Shown piece after piece: positions 42,719 to 52,121 of a stretch of 64,000 nt of DNA. This DNA is from Candidatus Poribacteria bacterium (lineage in GTDB: Bacteria > Poribacteria > WGA-4E > WGA-3G). The stretch spans positions 4,000,001-4,064,000 of the forward strand of contig OZ244048.1 of assembly GCA_965215265.1 (NCBI GenBank). The letters are read 5' to 3'. The translations under genes and the position numbers were made by a program. Under the pieces are notes generated by a model. The model was not told the origin of the DNA. It ran no database searches and worked only from the letters and a program-made list of their open reading frames with translations. Within the stretch, counting starts at the first letter, position 1; each line of letters starts with the position of its first letter.

Positions 42719-42747
42719 TTGACGTATTAATGATAATATGGTATCAT
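42719..42747 (+). promoter_or_regulatory. Sigma70-type promoter
   Basis: TTGACG-17 nt-TATCAT with an extended -10. Confidence 0.6.
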
Positions 42748-42794
42748 TTTTATTATATAATTTGGGGAAAAAGTGGAGGCGGGCCACCGGAATT

Positions 42795-43370
42795 ATGGTT
42801 TGTAGTGGTAAAAGCCAGATTGAACATGCCCTTGAAGTCGCTGCGAAAGCGCATGAAAAGCAATACCGGAAAGGGACCGACATTCCGTATATCTCGCATC
42901 CGTATGCAGTCGGACTTCTATTAATGGAAGCCGGTTGCGATGAGGCAGTCATTATTGCCGGCATCCTGCACGACACGGTTGAAGACACAGAGTTAACCTT
43001 GGAATGTGTTCGGCAACACTTTGACGAACAGATTGCAGAGATTGTCGCGGGTTGCTCTGAAAATAAAGCCCTGCGGTGGCGTGAGCGTAAAATGGCGAAG
43101 ATCGAGGCACTCAAAACTGCCAGTATAGAAATCTGCTGGGTGATGTGTGCGGATAAACTCCACAACCTGCGTACCATCATTTCAGAGTATCATATCCATG
43201 GCGATAAGGTATGGGATCGGTTTCACGGTGAGATTGCGGATCAAGCGTGGTATTATCGGAGTGTGTTAGAACGTTTGCATAAACGTGCGAGCGTTGACAC
43301 CCCGCAACTCAGTCCAATGGTTCATCAGTTACAGTACGTAGTAGAACAACTATTTGGGGGCGAACAGTGA
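42795..43370 (+). CDS. HD-domain protein, small alarmone hydrolase/Mesh1-like
   Basis: HxxQxRK...PYISHP, LHDTVED, ADKLHN. Confidence 0.85.
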   Translation: MVCSGKSQIEHALEVAAKAHEKQYRKGTDIPYISHPYAVGLLLMEAGCDEAVIIAGILHDTVEDTELTLECVRQHFDEQIAEIVAGCSENKALRWRERKMAKIEALKTASIEICWVMCADKLHNLRTIISEYHIHGDKVWDRFHGEIADQAWYYRSVLERLHKRASVDTPQLSPMVHQLQYVVEQLFGGEQ

Positions 43371-44263
43371 AAATAGCCTATGCATTTCGGCGATGTGCAT
43401 CGTATCCGTATAACGGGGGTGGGTTACCTACCGATGCATCCGATAGACAACAGTTTTTAGAAAAAGTTAAAGAGATTGGGTTTGAAGGGATAGAACTTCC
43501 TGCAATGAATTTAAGTGATGTGGACATTGAAAAGCTTCGTACAGCGCTTGAGGATGCAGAGGTGCCGTGTGTTGCGATTCGGGGTGGTGGCGGTGCGGCG
43601 CATCCTCATGTTGCTGCTGCGAACCAGAAACGGATGGAAGATGCAGTTCGCTTCGCCGCGAAAATCGGTGCGAATGTTGTTAATTCCACTGTTACTACGC
43701 CGCCGTGCGACCCGAATGGCAAAGGGACTTATCGTGGAGAATCCGTGTCGCAAGGCTCAAGCCGGTATGCTCGCGCTGAGGATTATGAGCGTACCGCACG
43801 TGCAGTCACCGATGTTGCTAACGTCGCTGCCGAATTCGGTATTGAGATTTCGATTGAAGTCCACCAAAATTCGATTGCCGATAATTCCTGGTCCGCTTTG
43901 CATCTGCTTGACTTGATTGATGCCCCGAATGTAGGGGTTAACCCGGACCTGGGGAATATCTACTGGACGTACGATATTCCGGAAGAGTCCTGCGAAGATG
44001 CGATTGTCGCGCTTGCCCCGCATGTCAACTATTGGCATTGCAAGAGTCTCTATCGGGTACATATTCCGGATTTGGAGACAGCTATCTACGTGCAGGTGCC
44101 GCTGCCGACTGGCGAGATTGACTACCGTTTCGCGATAGCTGCCTTGCTAGATGTAGATTATGAGGGGTATCTCGCAATTGAAGGCGTGCGCGACGGGGAT
44201 CAGTTTTATCAAGATGGTGCGAGTGTGGCGTATGTTAAATCTGTATTGGCAGAGCTAGGTTAA
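43367..44263 (+). CDS. Sugar phosphate isomerase/epimerase (AP endonuclease 2 TIM barrel)
   Basis: GFEGIE, IEVH, NPDLGN, HCK, GEIDY, YEGYLAIE. Confidence 0.8.
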   Translation: MKIAYAFRRCASYPYNGGGLPTDASDRQQFLEKVKEIGFEGIELPAMNLSDVDIEKLRTALEDAEVPCVAIRGGGGAAHPHVAAANQKRMEDAVRFAAKIGANVVNSTVTTPPCDPNGKGTYRGESVSQGSSRYARAEDYERTARAVTDVANVAAEFGIEISIEVHQNSIADNSWSALHLLDLIDAPNVGVNPDLGNIYWTYDIPEESCEDAIVALAPHVNYWHCKSLYRVHIPDLETAIYVQVPLPTGEIDYRFAIAALLDVDYEGYLAIEGVRDGDQFYQDGASVAYVKSVLAELG

Positions 44264-44266
44264 AAT

Positions 44267-45328
44267 ATGACACAACAGAAAATTCGTCAACAAGATGTAA
44301 AACTCACTGCCACCGTGAAATGTGCCGGGTGAGCGTCAAAATTGGCTCCGGGTGAGCTTGCACAGATTTTAAGCAATCTCCCAAAACCGACAGATCCGAA
44401 CCTGCTTGTTGGGACAGAAACCTCGGATGATGCGGGCATCTACCGCCTTTCCGATGAGCTCGCACTCGTCAATACGGTGGATTACTTCACACCCATCGTA
44501 GATGATCCGTATACGTTCGGTTTGATTGCGGCGACGAATTCACTTAGCGATGTGTACAGCATGGGCGGTGTGCCCAAAACCGCCCTGAATATCACGTGCT
44601 GGCCGAGGGCAGACCTTGAATTGCCAATTCTTGGGGAGATTATCCGGGGCGGTACGGATAAGGTGCTTGAGGCAGGTGCGGTTCTCGTGGGTGGACATAC
44701 AGTAGATGCGCCAGAACTGATGTACGGGCTTGCCGTGACCGGCATCGTGCATCCGGATAAGTTTGTGAAAAATCATGGTGCGTGCATTGGTGATGTACTG
44801 ATTCTAACCAAGAAACTCGGCATCGGTATCCTGACAACCGGCCTCAAATTTAACAAAATTGGTGACGAAGTCTTACCTAAACTCGTTGAATCGATGACGC
44901 GGCTCAACGCCTCAGCGTCTCAAGTCATGTTGAAATATGGTGCACATGCTTGTACAGATGTGACAGGATACGGTCTTCTCGGGCACGGCTTGGAAATGGC
45001 CCAAGGCAACAACGTCGGTCTGAAAATTGAGAGCAAGTCAGTACCTTACTTCGCTGAAGTTCCGGCGCTCGTTTGGCAGGAAACATACACACAGGCGTAT
45101 CTTGCGAACACGGTGTACCTTGAGGACAACGTCACGTTTCATGCAATGGAGAGTGAGCTGATGCGCCATATTTTAATGGAAGCGGAAACCTCCGGTGGGC
45201 TATTATTTGCGCTGCCGGCGGAGAATGCAGATACTGCGTTAGCCGCACTGCACGCTAACGATTGTCCTGAGGCAGCAATTATCGGAGAAGTTGTCGCTGC
45301 AGAGAGTGCTCATATTGAGGTCTATTAA
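44267..45328 (+). CDS. selD: Selenide, water dikinase, selenocysteine-containing (TGA at 44330-44332 read as Sec22)
   Basis: MTQQKIRQQDVKLTATVKCAG-U-ASKLAPG is in frame with DDAG, DYFTP, GGHT, TDVTGYGL and ETSGGLL. Confidence 0.92.
44336..44371 (+). promoter_or_regulatory. Putative bacterial SECIS hairpin
   Basis: aaaatt-g-gctc-cgggt-gagc-ttgcacag-atttt stem-loop just 3' of the in-frame UGA. Confidence 0.6.
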
Positions 45329-45402
45329 TGGGAATGGGCATAAATAACATGGCAAAAAACGTGGACAGATGAACGTTCACGCCAAGCCAACCTAAAAAAG
45401 AG

Positions 45403-45927
45403 ATGACAAAAATAGAACTTGCGAAAGAGATACGTTCTGCCGCTTATCTCACGGGGGAATTTAGACTGCGTTCAGGGACGTTCAGCTCCTTTTATTGGGA
45501 TAAATACCGGTTTGAGAGCCGGCCGCACCTGCTTCACGCTATTGCTGTTGAGATGGTTAAATTTTTGCCGGAAACCCTTGATGGCGTGGCAGGTTTAGAA
45601 CTCGGGGGCGTTCCACTCGCTACCGCTATTTCCTTACAGACAGGATATCCGTGTTACTATGTCCGAAAAGCCGCTAAGGACTACGGTACCTGTAACCTTA
45701 TAGAGGGTGGCGTGACGAAGGATACCAACCTTGTTGCGATAGAAGATGTCATTACGACCGCAGGTCAGGTTTGTACTTCTATTCAGCAGATGCGTGCAGA
45801 GGGGTGCCGCGTTCAACATGTTGTCGTCGCAATTGACCGGCAAGCAGGTGGTGCAGAGAAAATCAAGGCACTCGGCTGTACATTTTCCGCCGTTTTCACG
45901 CTAGAAGAATTAGAAGCGGCGCGTTAA
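45403..45927 (+). CDS. pyrE: Orotate phosphoribosyltransferase
   Basis: FRLRSG, ELGGVP, VRK, IEDVITTAG, IDR. Confidence 0.88.
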   Translation: MTKIELAKEIRSAAYLTGEFRLRSGTFSSFYWDKYRFESRPHLLHAIAVEMVKFLPETLDGVAGLELGGVPLATAISLQTGYPCYYVRKAAKDYGTCNLIEGGVTKDTNLVAIEDVITTAGQVCTSIQQMRAEGCRVQHVVVAIDRQAGGAEKIKALGCTFSAVFTLEELEAAR

Positions 45928-45930
45928 ATT

Positions 45931-46171
45931 GGGGATTCCTCCCTGCGAGCAGGGAGAAGTTCCCATACGTCTTCCACGTTGAGACTTTAATATCTAGATT
46001 AGATGGTACGCTTAACACAGTAACCGTGGAGCGTTTTAGACGCTTTTTTCGTCTACTGGACTACCGTCAACGCCCAATGGGTGGCGAGTAAAAGGTAATC
46101 CTAGTGTGTGGCGAGTAGAAGGTAATCTTGTTTCTCCTTGCAGGAGAGACAAAGAATACCTATCTCGCAAC
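45931..46171. repeat. Cluster of family-3 hairpin (45931-45964), family-1 end fragment (~46044-46072) and family-2 element (46079-46171)
   Basis: ggggattcctccctgcgagcagggagaagttccc; ttttcgtctactggactaccgtcaacg; gtggcgagta(a/g)aaggtaatc twice ... tacctatctcgcaac. Confidence 0.65.
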
Positions 46172-46202
46172 TTATGCTTTGAAGGTTCGTGTATCAATCT
46201 CG

Positions 46203-46453
46203 TTTTTTCGTATATCTCCGTACCGTCAACGTTTATGTCGTGAGTACTCGTGTGTAAATCTCGTCGGAGATTCCTTAGGTTATGTCTTTAAAAATCTAAA
46301 CATCAGAACCCTCTGGCGAGATTTTCACGGGTTTTAGCATAGCCGCAGCCTTCATGGGGCTGCAGTAGACAAAAAAAACGGGATTTTCACGGGTTTTAGC
46401 ATAGCCGCAGCCTTCATGGGGCTGCAGTAGACAAAAAAGCTGCAGTAGACAAA
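46203..46453. repeat. Family-1 ~170-bp palindromic element with a 62-bp tandemly duplicated arm
   Basis: ttttcgtata...aaatctcgtcggag...ctctggcgagattt...tagacaaaa; unit starting 46320 is repeated at 46382. Confidence 0.85.
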
Positions 46454-46470
46454 TACCGATTGGGAGGCTC

Positions 46471-47271
46471 ATGAGAATTCTATTTATCGGAGACATTGTC
46501 GGCAACCCAGGCAGGAACGCCACAATTGAATTTTTGAAAACACGTCGTCGCTCTTATGATTTTATAGTGGCAAACGGGGAAAATGCGGCTGGTGGAAAAG
46601 GCATTACCTTTGAAATCACAGATCAGCTATTGGCAGCGGGTGTTTCTGTGATTACGAGTGGGAACCACATCTGGGATAATAAGTCGGTTTTTGACTTCAT
46701 AGATACTACTCCGCAGTTAATCCGTCCGGCGAATTATCCGGTGGAAGTGCCGGGCCGTGGGTGGACCTTTGTTACGTTTCCACTAGCAAAACAAGACGGT
46801 GCTGAGTCGACATCCCCGGTGCTCGGTGTGATTAATCTCGCTGGGCAGATTTTCATGAATAGCTATACAAACCCTTTTCACGTTTTGGATGCCATCTTAG
46901 CGGAGGTCAAAGCGAAGACCCCTTACGTTATACTTGATTTTCACGCTGAAGCGACATCAGAGAAAATCGCCATGGGGTGGTATGCTGATGGCCGCGTCGG
47001 TGCGGTTATCGGGACACACACGCACGTTCAGACAGCGGACGCACGCATCTTACCGGGCGGTACTGCCTATATAACAGATGTTGGCATGACAGGACCGCAT
47101 GACTCAATTATCGGCACGAAGAAAGAACCTATACTCGAACGTTTCCTCACTTTGATGCCGACACGACACGTTGTTGCAAAAGACAACGTCAAACTCTGTG
47201 CTGTTAGCATTGAATTGGATGATGACACCGGTACGGCTCTCAACATTGAACCGCTACAGTACCAATTTTAA
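46471..47271 (+). CDS. ymdB: TIGR00282/YmdB family metallophosphoesterase
   Basis: GDIVG, NGEN, SGNHIWD, RPANYP, DFHAEATSEK, GTHTHV, TDVGMTGP. Confidence 0.9.
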   Translation: MRILFIGDIVGNPGRNATIEFLKTRRRSYDFIVANGENAAGGKGITFEITDQLLAAGVSVITSGNHIWDNKSVFDFIDTTPQLIRPANYPVEVPGRGWTFVTFPLAKQDGAESTSPVLGVINLAGQIFMNSYTNPFHVLDAILAEVKAKTPYVILDFHAEATSEKIAMGWYADGRVGAVIGTHTHVQTADARILPGGTAYITDVGMTGPHDSIIGTKKEPILERFLTLMPTRHVVAKDNVKLCAVSIELDDDTGTALNIEPLQYQF

Positions 47272-47344
47272 CCTTCTTCCGTGTTGCTTCGGTTCCCTCC
47301 GGCTAAGCCAAGCGTATTTGAGAACCACAGCGAGGAAATAAGCC

Positions 47345-48616
47345 ATGCAATTTCAATTTGAATTTCAGAGAACAGTGCTGAGCGTTAGCCAAATCACAGA
47401 GACACTGAAGCATCTGATACAGCAACAACCAAATCTTCAAAATGTGTGGGTGCAAGGACAACTTTCAAACTACGTGCGTGCCGGATCGGGCCATATCTAT
47501 TTCACGTTGAAGGATGCCAAAAGTCAAATCCCGTGTGTCTTATTCCAGAATTACGCTTCCCGTCTACGGTTTGCTCCGCATGATGGCGATGAAGTGCTGG
47601 TTCAAGGGCAGGTAAACGTTTACCCGCCACAAGGCAAATATCAGATAAACGTCACAGCGGTTGAACCACGTGGGATTGGTGCGTTGCAGAGAGCCTTTGA
47701 AGCATTGAAACAGAAACTTGCAGACGAAGGCATTTTTGACGATAAACATAAAAAGCCTCTCCCCAAATTCCCCCAGAGAATCGGTGTTATTACTTCCGCA
47801 TCCGGTGCTGCAATTCAGGATATCCGGCATCAACTTGAAAAAAGGTATCCGTTAGCGGAACTCTGGCTCCATCCGACGCTGGTTCAAGGTGAACACGCCC
47901 CAGCACAGATTGCGGAAGCCGTTCAAAGTATGAATTTTTCTGCACAACGCTCAGAGCCCCCTATAGATGTTTTGATTGTCGCGCGCGGTGGCGGCTCACT
48001 TGAAGACCTCTGGGCATTTAACGAAGAGCGCGTTGCACGTGCTATTTTCGATTCTGCAATTCCGGTCGTATCAGCTGTTGGCCATGAAACAGATTACACG
48101 ATTGCCGATATGGTGGCAGACCATCGTGCACCGACACCTTCAGCGGCAATTGAGCATCTGGTGCCAGACAGGCTTGAACTTCTCGTAGACTTGGGCAGTC
48201 GGGAGCAACGGCTGCATCGAATAACGGAGTGGAAACGGCAGGCACTCAAAGCACAATTAGTGGAGCTCGAAAGACGGCTTTCTCCAATTCGACAAAAAGA
48301 TAAGATAAATGAGCTGTCGCAGACGGTGGATAACCTTGAATCGGCATGTAAAACGGCAGTAGCACGCAGCCTGGATGAGCATCAGCGCACACTTGCGAAT
48401 CTCGCGGAACGTTTGCATGCCCTCAGCCCCCTCGCCACTTTAAAGCGGGGATATAGCATTAGCCGAAAAGAGAACGGCGGAATTTTAACGCGGGTTGAGC
48501 AGGTTGACGTGGGGGAGTTGATTGAAATTGAGCTGTCACAAGGAAGGCTTTTATGTTCTGTTCAGCAACGTTTTTTCGGAGCAGATTTTCGTCTACAGGA
48601 GCCCAATACGGATTGA
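47345..48616 (+). CDS. xseA: Exodeoxyribonuclease VII large subunit
   Basis: SGHIYFTLKD, RGGGSLEDLWAFN, SAVGHETD, APTPSAA, LSPLATLKRGYS. Confidence 0.95.
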   Translation: MQFQFEFQRTVLSVSQITETLKHLIQQQPNLQNVWVQGQLSNYVRAGSGHIYFTLKDAKSQIPCVLFQNYASRLRFAPHDGDEVLVQGQVNVYPPQGKYQINVTAVEPRGIGALQRAFEALKQKLADEGIFDDKHKKPLPKFPQRIGVITSASGAAIQDIRHQLEKRYPLAELWLHPTLVQGEHAPAQIAEAVQSMNFSAQRSEPPIDVLIVARGGGSLEDLWAFNEERVARAIFDSAIPVVSAVGHETDYTIADMVADHRAPTPSAAIEHLVPDRLELLVDLGSREQRLHRITEWKRQALKAQLVELERRLSPIRQKDKINELSQTVDNLESACKTAVARSLDEHQRTLANLAERLHALSPLATLKRGYSISRKENGGILTRVEQVDVGELIEIELSQGRLLCSVQQRFFGADFRLQEPNTD

Positions 48617-48755
48617 TGTTTTGATAACCTTTGCATAAAACTCGTCAGAGCCTGCTTAGGTATCGTCTTTAAAGTCAAAACCTAAGGAATCTCCGAAGAG
48701 ATTTACACGGTAATAAACATAACATCAGGCGTTATCGGGCTTAAATATACAAAAA
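48586..48755. repeat. Family-1 ~170-bp palindromic element overlapping the xseA 3' end
   Basis: ttttcgtctacaggagcccaat...aaactcgtcagag...ctccgaagagattt...aatatacaaaaa. Confidence 0.85.
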
Positions 48756-48770
48756 GAGGTATACGAAAAA

Positions 48771-48986
48771 TTGAATTTTGAAATTAAACTTGATAAACTA
48801 AAACAAATCGTTGAAAAATTGGAAAGCGGCGATGAATTGACGCTTGACGAATCACTCGGCATGTTTGAAGAGGGCATCACCATGGCCCGTGATTGTAGAA
48901 ACATGCTGGAAGCTGCAGAATTACGGATACAGAATGTCCTAGAAACGGACAATGAGGAAGAAGTAGATGTTCTTAGAACAGATTGA
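48771..48986 (+). CDS. xseB: Exodeoxyribonuclease VII small subunit
   Basis: FE...L...V..LESG...LDESL..FEEG; TTG start with AGAGGT SD. Confidence 0.92.
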   Translation: MNFEIKLDKLKQIVEKLESGDELTLDESLGMFEEGITMARDCRNMLEAAELRIQNVLETDNEEEVDVLRTD

Positions 48987-50973
48987 CAGCCCTGCGTCAC
49001 TAAAAACGCTTGACATCCAAGAACTTAAGACGCTTGCAGAGGAGATGCGTGCGTATCTGTTAGCGGTACTTTCAGAACATCCGGGACATTTCGCGCCTAA
49101 CTTTGGTACGGTTGAGTTGGCCATCGCACTTCACACCGTTTTTGATACACCGCATGATAAAATTATCTGGGACATTGGGCACCAAGCATATCCACATAAA
49201 CTTCTCACCGGACGTAGGGACGCGTTTCCAACACTCCGCCAAACGGGCGGCATCAGTGGGTTCCTGAGTCGTGCAGAAAGTGAGTACGATGTGTTTGGTG
49301 CGGGGCATTCAAGTACCTCCATCGCAGCGGCCCTCGGCATCGCGACTGCACGGGATGTTACCAATGCTGATTACAAAGTTGTGGCTGTCATTGGTGATGG
49401 TGGATTAACCGGAGGCATGGCCTTTGAAGGGCTAAACGCTGCAGGTGCTCCCGATCTATTCAAACGTAAAAAGGATATAGTGGTTATCCTAAACGACAAT
49501 CAGATGTCTATTTCAAACACTGTGGGGGCCCTGGGGCATCACTTGAAAGCATACTTGGAAGCGTCGAAACATTTTCATAAACTGACAAGTTCGCCGAACT
49601 ATAATCTGCTGCGTGAAGGTGCCAAGGAGCTCATCAACCGGATTTCCCCAGAGGCAAAGGGACTCGCGAGTAGGGTTGAGGCGGCTTTGAAACTCGGAAC
49701 ACTATTTGAGGAGCTCGGATTTCGCTACTTCGGACCCTTAGACGGTAACGACTTAGAGGCATTAATCCCAGTGCTGACAGGTGTCCGGGAGTTGTCTGGA
49801 CCGCGCTTCATTCATCTCGTCACTGAAAAAGGCCGCGGCTATCCTCCTGCTGAGACAGATCCAGTCGGCTTCTATAGCGTCAGCGGTCCGTTCGATCTGG
49901 AAACAGGAAAGCCAACGTCGAAAAAATCGATCACGCCCACGTATACGCAGGTGTTCAGCAAAACTTTGATTGACTTGGCGAAACGAGACGCACGTATTGT
50001 CGGTGTCACGGCCGCCATGCCAGGCGGAACCGGGTTGGATAAGTTTCAGAAAGAATTTCCGAACCGATGCTTTGATATCGGCTTGGCTGAGCAATGTGCT
50101 GTCACGTTCGCTGCCGGACTCGCCACAGAGGGGTTGCGTCCTGTTGCTGCTATCTATTCTACCTTCCTACAACGTGCCTACGACCAGGTGCTCCACGATG
50201 TATGCATTCAGAATCTGCCTGTAATCTTCGCACTGGATCGGAGCGGACTTGTGGGTGCTGACGGTCCAACGCACCACGGCGTTTTTGATTTGGCATATCT
50301 TCGCTCTATGCCTAATATGGTAGTTATGGCACCCAAGGATGAGAACGAACTCCAGCATATGGTGAAAACCGCACTCGTTTACGAAGATGGCCCCATTGCC
50401 TTCCGTTATCCTCGTGGTAGTGGTGTTGGAGTCAAGATAGAGGAAAAACCGAAGGCACTTCCAATTGGTAAAAGCGAAATCGTCAGAAAGGGTGATGATC
50501 TGCTAATCGTTGCCCTCGGAAATCGGGTTTATCCAGCATTGGCTGCTGCACAAAAGCTGGAAGAAGGGGAGAGTTTCACGCAGAGTTTACGGGGAACAAA
50601 GGATGTAGAAAAACACAATGTCCGTTCCGATATATATCAAACGGCAGTACCACACAAAGTCTCCGCAGCGGTTATCAATGCACGTTTTGTCAAACCCTTG
50701 GATATTGAGTTGATTCTTCCGTTGGCTGAGCGTATTGGCAACGTCATTACGGTTGAGGATGGGGTGTTGATGGGAGGATTCGGCAGTGCAGTTTTAGAAG
50801 CACTTGCAGCCGCAGGTATGACAGATATACACGTGAAGACACTCGGCATTCCTGATCGATTCGTTGAGCACGGTGATATTCAGCAGCTTTACGCGATGTA
50901 CGGGTGTGATGAAACCGCTATCCTCCGCGCCGCTGCGGATTTTTTCGTTTTTTCGTCTACAGGAGCCCAATGA
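48967..50973 (+). CDS. dxs: 1-deoxy-D-xylulose-5-phosphate synthase
   Basis: WDIGHQAYPHK, GHSSTS, GDG...N, YSTFLQR, DGPTH, RYPRG, RFVKPLD. Confidence 0.95.
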   Translation: MFLEQIDSPASLKTLDIQELKTLAEEMRAYLLAVLSEHPGHFAPNFGTVELAIALHTVFDTPHDKIIWDIGHQAYPHKLLTGRRDAFPTLRQTGGISGFLSRAESEYDVFGAGHSSTSIAAALGIATARDVTNADYKVVAVIGDGGLTGGMAFEGLNAAGAPDLFKRKKDIVVILNDNQMSISNTVGALGHHLKAYLEASKHFHKLTSSPNYNLLREGAKELINRISPEAKGLASRVEAALKLGTLFEELGFRYFGPLDGNDLEALIPVLTGVRELSGPRFIHLVTEKGRGYPPAETDPVGFYSVSGPFDLETGKPTSKKSITPTYTQVFSKTLIDLAKRDARIVGVTAAMPGGTGLDKFQKEFPNRCFDIGLAEQCAVTFAAGLATEGLRPVAAIYSTFLQRAYDQVLHDVCIQNLPVIFALDRSGLVGADGPTHHGVFDLAYLRSMPNMVVMAPKDENELQHMVKTALVYEDGPIAFRYPRGSGVGVKIEEKPKALPIGKSEIVRKGDDLLIVALGNRVYPALAAAQKLEEGESFTQSLRGTKDVEKHNVRSDIYQTAVPHKVSAAVINARFVKPLDIELILPLAERIGNVITVEDGVLMGGFGSAVLEALAAAGMTDIHVKTLGIPDRFVEHGDIQQLYAMYGCDETAILRAAADFFVFSSTGAQ

Positions 50974-51120
50974 CGCTCTATGTTTTGTAAAAACCTGTGG
51001 AAATCTCGTCTGAGCCGTCTGGTGTTTTGACTTTAAAGACATTACCTAAGTGCGTCTCCTACGAGAGTTACATCGGATTTAACACGACATAACCTTTGAT
51101 GGTACGGAGAGATACAAAAA
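50950..51120. repeat. Family-1 ~170-bp palindromic element overlapping the dxs 3' end
   Basis: ttttcgtctacaggagcccaat...aaatctcgtctgag...ctcctacgagagtt...gatacaaaaa. Confidence 0.85.
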
Positions 51121-52116
51121 ATCAAAAAAAAACGGATAGACCTATTGCTGGTAGAGCGAAAGTTTGCAGAAAGCCGGGAGCAAGCAAAACGTCTCGTCTT
51201 GGCTGGGGCTGTAAGTATTAATGGGAGCTCGCAGCTGAAACCGGGACAGCAAGTTTCTAATGATGTCGAGATTGTTGTGCAGCAACCCCAAAAATATGTG
51301 AGTCGGGGAGGCATCAAACTTGAAAAGGCACTAAACCACTTTGAGATAGAGGTGAAAAACCGTGTCCTGCTTGACGTGGGTGCCTCGACAGGAGGGTTCA
51401 CGGATTGCTTACTGCAGCACGGCGCAGAGTTTGTTTACGCCGTGGATGTCGGGTATGGGCAGCTCGCGTGGAAACTTTGCACTGATGCACGCGTGCAAGC
51501 CGTTGATAAGACTAACATCCGGTACATCAACCCAGAGATTTTTACACGTCCGTTGTCTATGGCTGTTATTGATGTCTCGTTTATTTCTCTGCGAACCGTC
51601 TTGCCTGTTGTTGTCCAGCTCCTTAAGGACAATGCTGCCAAATTTCCGGTGAACTGTCCTGATATCGACGTGATTGCCCTCATTAAACCCCAATTTGAAG
51701 CTGGACGCATCCATGTTAAAAAAGGGGGCATTGTTCCGGAGAAATCGGTGCATATTGAGACAATAGAGAACCTTATCGCATTCGTTGAAGGGGCTCCAGT
51801 ATACGAAAAACCTGCCATCTATAGATCGGAGCCCTTCGATGTATTGAATCATAACATCAAGAGGCTCAGACGAGATTCACACACGAGTTATGATTACCTA
51901 GACGTTGAAGGGGCTCCAGTATACGAAAAACCTGCCACTACTGTGATGGGACTTACGTATTCGCCTATCCACCAAGGTATCGGAAATCTTGAGTACCTAC
52001 TTTGGCTCAAGGTTTTTTGTCAAGGGCTCAAACACGTTTCTATTGAAAGGCAAAAAGGTCTGCCTGTCAAAGAAATTGTGGAGAACGCACATCACTGTTT
52101 TTATCGAGGTTCGTAA
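51121..52116 (+). CDS. tlyA: TlyA family rRNA 2'-O-methyltransferase with a repeat-derived insertion; start uncertain
   Basis: KKRIDLLLV S4 start, YVSRGGIKL, DVGASTGGFTD, DVSFISL, LIKPQFE, GNLEY. Confidence 0.9.
   Translation: MKKKRIDLLLVERKFAESREQAKRLVLAGAVSINGSSQLKPGQQVSNDVEIVVQQPQKYVSRGGIKLEKALNHFEIEVKNRVLLDVGASTGGFTDCLLQHGAEFVYAVDVGYGQLAWKLCTDARVQAVDKTNIRYINPEIFTRPLSMAVIDVSFISLRTVLPVVVQLLKDNAAKFPVNCPDIDVIALIKPQFEAGRIHVKKGGIVPEKSVHIETIENLIAFVEGAPVYEKPAIYRSEPFDVLNHNIKRLRRDSHTSYDYLDVEGAPVYEKPATTVMGLTYSPIHQGIGNLEYLLWLKVFCQGLKHVSIERQKGLPVKEIVENAHHCFYRGS
51783..51937 (+). repeat. Intragenic repeat-derived insert with 35-bp direct repeats 120 bp apart
   Basis: cgttgaaggggctccagtatacgaaaaacctgcca at 51783 and 51903; the interior matches the reverse complement of 62252-62330. 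Confidence 0.9.
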
Positions 52117-52121
52117 AGACT

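Noticed and set aside
48967-48986. Absence of ispA between xseB and dxs as a deletion scar
   Set aside because: xseB and dxs overlap cleanly, and this gene order varies among bacteria.
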